Below, piece after piece: positions 56,378 to 64,000 of a DNA stretch of 64,000 bases. The notes beneath the pieces are model-generated. The model did not search any database. It was not told where the DNA came from and worked only from the letters and a program-made list of their open reading frames with translations. Made by a program: the position numbers and the translations under genes. Origin of the DNA: Eledone cirrhosa. Lineage: Eukaryota. Within the stretch, counting starts at the first letter, position 1; every line of letters starts with the position of its first letter. The stretch covers positions 40,734,001 to 40,798,000 of the forward strand of contig OZ024745.1 of assembly GCA_964016885.1 (NCBI GenBank), read 5' to 3'.

Positions 56378-56977
56378 TACAGGAGCAAATCATGGAATAG
56401 CTTAGATAGGGCTAGATATAAGATAGGGAAAGCCACCTCATGGTACGACAACAAGAGATACCAGAGTGTCATGTTTGTGGACGCTACCCCTGGAGGGAAA
56501 TTAGCGAACCAATGTAGAAAAGCCCTGAGAAAGACCCACTTAAAAATAAAGGTGGTAGAAAAGCCAGGAACCACCATAAAATCCCTGATCAGCAAAACCT
56601 ACCCTTTTAAGAAAACCCACTGTACCAATAGGGAATGTATCATATGTAAGGTGAACCTCCGGATAAACTGTAACACTAGAAACGTAGTCTATAGCATAAG
56701 ATGTACAGAGGGTACTTGCAGAAACATGACAACAACATACATAGGTGAGACAGCTCGTAGCATAGGTGAAAGGATAGACCAACACTGGGGGGAACTAAAA
56801 GGACGAAAAAACGGGTCAGTACTATGCGAACATGCTAGACAACAACATGACGGTAACATAGACAACATAGAAATTAGAATAATATCTAAACATAGAAATG
56901 ACCCAGCAGATAGGCAAATCAGAGAGGCCAGTGAAATAGAAATTAGAAGACCAAGGCTAGACAGAAAGAATGAATGA
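56378..56977 (+). pseudogene. Duplicated GIY-YIG region in the inverted arm
   Basis: 168-aa ORF nearly identical to the C-terminus of 52749-54191. Confidence 0.9.
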
Positions 56978-57276
56978 AATAACAACAACACCCAAACAAA
57001 CAACACTGACCTAAGAGAAGTATAAATAAGTAAATAAAATAAAATAAATGAATAAATAAATAAATAAATAAATACATACACAAGCACAATAACAACAAGC
57101 ACATAAACACACACTAGTCACCCATCAAACAGGACACAATACACTATACACACACGCAAACGCATGCGCAAAGAAGACAAAATAGAATAAACAAACAAGC
57201 AAATAAATAAATAAATATATAGACAGACTGAATAAAAATGGCGTAGACATACGATACAACAGGAGGAAAATATAGC

Positions 57277-57318
57277 ACCACTGACGATGTTGCAGATGTG
57301 CAACGAAAGATTTATGAT
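57277..57318 (+). ncRNA. Minimal hammerhead-like motif (weak helices I/III; mirror at ~52455-52496 has core CTAACGA)
   Basis: acca-CTGACGA-t gttgca gatg tgcaac-GAAA-gatt-TA-tgat; same position as the HHR of element 2. Confidence 0.6.
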
Positions 57319-57568
57319 AAACTATATATATGTGTTTGTGTCTATATTGTATCTGTATTATTTTTGACCGCCGGTCAGTCAATGGCAACATTGGGGACCG
57401 AGTAAGTTAGATTACCGATATAAAAGACACAGAAGCGAGAAGCGAAAACCAACCAAACAGTGAGTGTGTTCTGTGATGAATTCTGGCAATATAACACAAA
57501 TATGACCCTCCCCAAGTATAACAATATTTGTTTCGACACACGATTTCATATAAAAAACTTCGTAAAAC

Positions 57569-58426
<858 letters not shown>

Positions 58427-58428
<2 letters not shown>

Positions 58429-59920
58429 GGAAAAATTTGAACAGGGACAAAACAGAGAGGCAGTACAACAAATGTTTATTAATTTCACGCGCTGGAGAGT
58501 GGGGTGTTCGTGGGGGACGACGTTTCGGGCATAAGCCCTTCCTCAGGTGGGAAGTGTGTGGGAACAGAGTTCAAAGGGTGTGTAGGGGAGTGGTGGAGAG
58601 ACATATAGCGAAAGGAAACGGTGCGAATGAAACATTAAAAAATAAATATAAAAATAAAAATAAAGCATGATCAAAATACAAGGAATGAGATAAATTTAAA
58701 AATAAAGGCAGGATAAAAATAAACAGAAATTAAAAGGGGGTTAAACAGGTGGTGGAAGGGTGTGGGGTGTGTAGGGGTGGTGGCGGGTGGAGTGGGGAGA
58801 GGGAGACGGTGAGTCTGAGCGGGGAGGGCTGAAGGTGGTGTGTGTGTGTAGGTGTGCGTGTGTGTGTCTGTGAAAGTAAGGGTTGAGGGAGGAACGGGGT
58901 TGCATGTTCAGGAAGAGGTGTCTGTGGGGGGGAAGTTTGTGGGTAGGAGTGTCTGTGCGTGTCTGGATAGAGGGGTGGGGGGAGAGGAATCAGGAGGCTG
59001 AGGGTATAGATATGTGGTGGAAAGCACGTGTGTGGGGTTTAAGCGTGTTGAGGGTGTAGGTGGCGTGTGGAGAAAAAAAAAATGTTTTTTTTTGGGGGGG
59101 GGTTATATAGGTGGTTACGTAAGAGGATGGTTGAAAAGTTGGTAAATTCCGGAGATGTTTAGTGGATTGGTGACGTGGGGTGCGCGCGCAACAGGAAGTG
59201 GTCAGCAGTGGGAGTGCTGTGGTCTGTTTGTGCTGGGAGGTGGTCAGAAGGCATAGTAGCAGTCGGTGGAATGGGAAAGGGGCGAGGATGGGTAGGTGTG
59301 AAAGTTGGAGTGAGGAGGGTGTGTGTGTGTGTGTATTAGTAGGGGTGTTAGTGGGATGAGTGAGTGTTGAGCGAGGGTGTGGGTGGTGGGTGGAGCGGGG
59401 AGAGAAGGGTGTGTGTGGTTCTATGGAGGGAGTGTGGTGTACCGGTGTGTGTGTAGTTTGATGAAGAGGTGTTAGTGGGTGTTAGTATACGGGAGGTGGG
59501 GAGGGGTTGAATGCAGGTGTGAGTGAGGGTTAGTGGTGGTAGGGTGTGTAGAGTTGGTGGTGTACGAGGGTGTGTGGGTACGTGTGCGTGGGGTTGGGGG
59601 GTGTTAGTGATGTTAGTTGCGTGTGGGGTGGGTGGTGTAAGTGGGTGCGTGTGTTCGTGTGCTTGGAGTTAGGGGGTGTTAGTGAGGTTAATTGCGGGGT
59701 CGTGGGATGGAGGCGTGCGTGTGAGAGGTGTAGGGGTGAGGGTTAGTGGTGGTAGTAGGGTGTGTGTTTAGTGTGAGCGCGTGTATATATGTGCCGGTGG
59801 GTGTGTGCGTGTGATAAGGAGGGGGGAGGAGGAGAAGTGGGGAGGGAAGGGATGTTAGTATGTTAGTTGGTGAAGGGTGGTCAGATGAGAGGTGCAGTGG
59901 AGGTGTTAGTATTGTTAGAT
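58427..59920 (-). mobile_element. Probable PLE 3' UTR/pLTR remnant (C/A-rich on -), with an HHR core at 58516-58546
   Basis: Minus strand CTGAGGA-a gggc ttat gccc-GAAA-cgtcg-TC then AATAAA; strand skew like the other PLE UTRs here; TA flanks. Confidence 0.6.
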
Positions 59921-59945
59921 ATATATATATATATATATATACATA

Positions 59946-59989
<44 letters not shown>

Positions 59990-59991
<2 letters not shown>

Positions 59992-60021
59992 TTGTTATAC
60001 TTTGGGAGGGTCATGTTGCCA
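59990..60021 (-). mobile_element. 30-bp terminus of the element-2 family
   Basis: tattgttatactttgggagggtcatgttgcca matches 32050 and 62300. Confidence 0.8.
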
Positions 60022-60051
60022 TATATAAATATATATATATATACATATATT

Positions 60052-60098
<47 letters not shown>

Positions 60099-60127
60099 AT
60101 ATTTATTTATATATATATACATATATT

Positions 60128-60244
<117 letters not shown>

Positions 60245-60453
60245 AAATACATATATTTATATATATATATATATATACATATATTTATTTATATATATAT
60301 ACATATATTTATATATATATATACATATATTTATATATATATACATATATTTATATATATATACATATATTTATATATATATACATATATTTATATATAT
60401 ATATACATATATTTATATATATATATATATATATATACATATGTATATACATA

Positions 60454-60507
<54 letters not shown>

Positions 60508-60515
60508 CATATATT

Positions 60516-60547
<32 letters not shown>

Positions 60548-60578
60548 TTTATATATATAAATATATATATATATATAC

Positions 60579-61750
60579 CTGTCCAATATTGGTGTCACTG
60601 GAAAGCTGCTGCAGTGGATCAAGAGCTTCCTGTCAAACAGAACCCAACATGTTGTAGTTGAGGGAGTCAAATCAAGCCCAGCAAAAGTCAGTAGTGGAGT
60701 CCCACAAGGCACTGTGTTGGGCCCACTTCTCTTCATCATCTATATTAATGACATCACTGACATCATCAAACACAGCAACATTAAAATTTTCGCTGATGAT
60801 TCCAAGCTCCAAAAGGTCATCAATGGCGTGGATGACCGGATAAGCCTTCAGTCAGACCTACTGGCTGTTACCCAATGGGCAGAAAAGAACAACATGTTAC
60901 TGAACGAAGACAAATTCGAACTGATCCACTTTGGAAAAGAGGATGCTCTGAAACTCCCGTACTCCCTTCCCTCCGGGGAAACTCTCGTGGCATCTAACAA
61001 CATCAGAGACTTGGGAGTAACCGTGGACAGCAACATAAGCTGGACCACGCATATAAGCAGCAAAGTTGACATGGCCCGCAGAATGTGTTCCTGGATCCTC
61101 AGAACCTTCCAGTCGAGAGATTCCCGCACCATTATCCTTCTCTTCTCTACTTTCGCCCGACCACACCTTGAATACTGTTGTCCACTGTGGTCTCCCCACA
61201 CGAAACAAAGTATCATGAAACTTGAAGCTCCTCAAAGGGCAATCACGAAAAAGATAGATGGCATGTCAGACCTTGACTACTGGGGTCGATTGGAAAATCT
61301 GAAACTTTACTCACTCCAACGTCGCCGTGAGCGTTATATTATCTGCATGATGTGGAAAATGTTCCATCATCACTGCCCAAATGATGTTGGCATCGCCTTC
61401 AAGATACACCCAAGGCTTGGGCCCCGTGCTATCCGTCCCATTCAAAAATCTAAATCGCAACTCATAACAACAATACGGCACAATTATTTCACCTCAATCG
61501 GCCCTGCTCTCTTCAACATCACACCAGGACACGTCAAAACAGAAACTGACCACACAAAATTCAAGAAGTCTTTGGACAAATTCCTCCAAGTAATCCCGGA
61601 CAAACCACCCACACCCGGATATGTCTCCGCAAACAGTAATTCTCTTCTCGAATGGGCCATGGTGCCCAAATCCTGAATTGAAAGACTTCGCCAGGTGGTG
61701 CTATTAAGTTAGACATGGCCTGGGCCAATACTGGCCAAAACATTTCAAAG
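60579..61750 (+). mobile_element. CR1-like LINE, 5'-truncated (RT C-terminal ORF to 61676)
   Basis: SGVPQGTVLGPLLF, FADDSK, RDLGV, LEYCCPLWSP, LYSLQRRRERY. Confidence 0.92.
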
Positions 61751-61826
61751 TTATATTTATATATATAAATATATTTATATATATACATATATTTATATAT
61801 ATAAATATATTTATATATATAAATAT

Positions 61827-61857
<31 letters not shown>

Positions 61858-61870
61858 AATATATATATAC

Positions 61871-61928
<58 letters not shown>

Positions 61929-61945
61929 CATATATTTATACATAA

Positions 61946-61996
<51 letters not shown>

Positions 61997-61998
61997 TG

Positions 61999-62030
<32 letters not shown>

Positions 62031-62219
62031 TTTATTTATATATATATATACATATATTTATATATATATATATACATATATTTATATATATATATATATA
62101 TATATACATATATTTATATATATATACATATAATTATATATATATATATATATATGTATCTATATATATATATATATATACATATATATATACATTATTT
62201 ATATATATATATATACATA

Positions 62220-62259
<40 letters not shown>

Positions 62260-62299
62260 TTTATATATATATATAGTATACATATATTTATATATATAT

Positions 62300-62720
62300 A
62301 TTGTTATACTTTGGGAGGGTCATGTTGCCAATAAGAAACACTCGCACCAGTTGCTTTCACTTCAATTTAATTTAATATATATTTATAAATTTACAAATTT
62401 TTCTCAGAAAAAATGGCGTAGGATAGAAGAAAGGAAAGGCACAGAAACGAAGAAAGAAATCCCAGTCTGAAGAGGTCACAGAGTGTGTGACGAAAGAACT
62501 ATGACTATATATATATACACAACTATCTGGTTGTGGAACCAACCAACCAACCAGAAATTTATAAATTTGTAAATTTATAAATATATAATAAATTAAATTG
62601 AAGTGAAAGCAACTGGTGCGTGTGTTTCTTATTGGCAACATGACCCTCCCAAAGTATAACAATATCGGTTTCAACACACGATTTCAGATAAAGAATCTTG
62701 CTAAACAAATTCAGAAACGA
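62300..62720 (+). mobile_element. pLTR-only insert of the element-2 family (inverted arm 62300-62400 + direct pLTR with tail)
   Basis: Matches ~35480-35800 and its reverse complement. Confidence 0.9.
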
Positions 62721-62764
62721 TATATACATATATTTATATATATATATATGTGTATATATATATA

Positions 62765-64000
62765 TAGCACCACCTGGCGAAGTCTTTCAATTCAGGATTT
62801 GGGCACCATGGCCCATTCGAGAAGAGAATTACTGTTTGCGGAGACATATCCGGGTGTGGGTGGTTTGTCCGGGATTACTTGGAGGAATTTGTCCAAAGAC
62901 TTCTTGAATTTTGTGTGGTCAGTTTCTGTTTTGACGTGTCCTGGTGTGATGTTGAAGAGAGCAGGGCCGATTGAGGTGAAATAATTGTGCCGTATTGTTG
63001 TTATGAGTTGCGATTTAGATTTTTGAATGGGACGGATAGCACGGGGCCCAAGCCTTGGGTGTATCTTGAAGGCGATGCCAACATCATTTGGGCAGTGATG
63101 ATGGAACATTTTCCACATCATGCAGATAATATAACGCTCACGGCGACGTTGGAGTGAGTAAAGTTTCAGGTTTTCTAGTCGACCCCAGTAGTCAAGGTCT
63201 GACATGCCATCTTTCTTTTTCGTGATTACCCTTTGAGGAGCTTCAAGTTTCATGATACTTTGTTTCGTGTGGGGAGACCACAGTGGACAACAGTATTCAA
63301 GGTGTGGTCGGGCAAAAGTAGAGAAGAGGAGGATAATGGTGTGGGAATCTCTCGATTGGAAGGTTCTGAGGATCCATGAACACATTCTGCGGGCCATGTC
63401 AACTTTGCTGCTTATATGCGTGGCCCAGCTTATGTTGCTGTCCACGGTTACTCCCAAGTCTCTGATGTTGTTAGATGCCACGAGAGTTTCCCCGGAGGGA
63501 AGGGAGTACGGGAGTTTCAGAGCATCCTCTTTTCCAAAGTGGATCAGTTCGAATTTGTCTTCGTTCAGTAACATGTTGTTCTTTTCTGCCCATTGGGTAA
63601 CAGCCAGTAGGTCTGACTGAAGGCTTATCCGGTCATCCACGCCATTGATGACCTTTTGGAGCTTGGAATCATCAGCGAAAATTTTAATGTTGCTGTGTTT
63701 GATGATGTCAGTGATGTCATTAATATAGATGATGAAGAGAAGTGGGCCCAACACAGTGCCTTGTGGGACCCCACTACTGACTTTGGCTGGGCTGGATTTG
63801 ACTCCTTCAACTACAACATGTTGGGTTCTATTTGACAGGAAGCTCTTGATCTACTGCAGCAGCTTTCCAGTTACACCAATATTGGACAGCTTTCTCAGTA
63901 GAATGTTATGATCAACCCTGTCAAAGGCCTTGCTGAAATCAAGGTAGATAACATCAGTGTTGGAACCCTCTCCCAAATCTCTCAAAATGTCATCAAAGTG
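62765..64000 (-). mobile_element. CR1-like LINE, second copy, runs off the window; TGG>TAG at 63851-63853
   Basis: Nearly identical protein to the + copy, plus YLDFSKAFDRVDH upstream. Confidence 0.92.

Larger units (their letters stand above)
52250..57570 (-). mobile_element. Penelope-like element 5 (relative of element 2), near full-length on -, with a 1.2-kb inverted arm on + (56378-57570) carrying the tail
   Basis: 56378-57524 is the reverse complement of ~53327-52250; RT-GIY-YIG ORF; TA flanks. Confidence 0.93.

Noticed and set aside
59300-59920. Interstitial telomeric repeat
   Set aside because: Motifs are dispersed GTTAGT variants, not tandem TTAGGG.

Overview
AT-rich, apparently gene-free animal genomic DNA. 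The SINE type, microsatellite load and element mix suggest an octopus or other cephalopod; this is inference, not proven. The window is a nest of retroelements sorted by microsatellite target. An (ATT)n zone (~14.1-23.3 kb) holds a near-full-length, mutated Tx1/L1-clade LINE and three R4/Dong-like pieces. A (TA)n zone (~23.4-64 kb) holds at least five Penelope-like elements (PLEs; RT plus GIY-YIG), many PLE terminal-repeat (pLTR) remnants, two CR1-like LINEs, an RTE fragment and a decayed DNA transposon. Reading the non-coding parts by eye gave about ten type-I hammerhead ribozyme (HHR) motifs, including a U3-A8 core variant and one with an 88-nt helix II domain. At least seven inserts share the layout (TA)n / inverted arm / direct arm + 45-90 nt tail / (TA)n, and some are reduced to ribozyme-only palindromes. 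One intact Neptune-like PLE has two ORFs joined by a canonical U_UUU_UUA -1 slippery site. All calls are manual motif reading, coordinates are approximate, and no database search was run.
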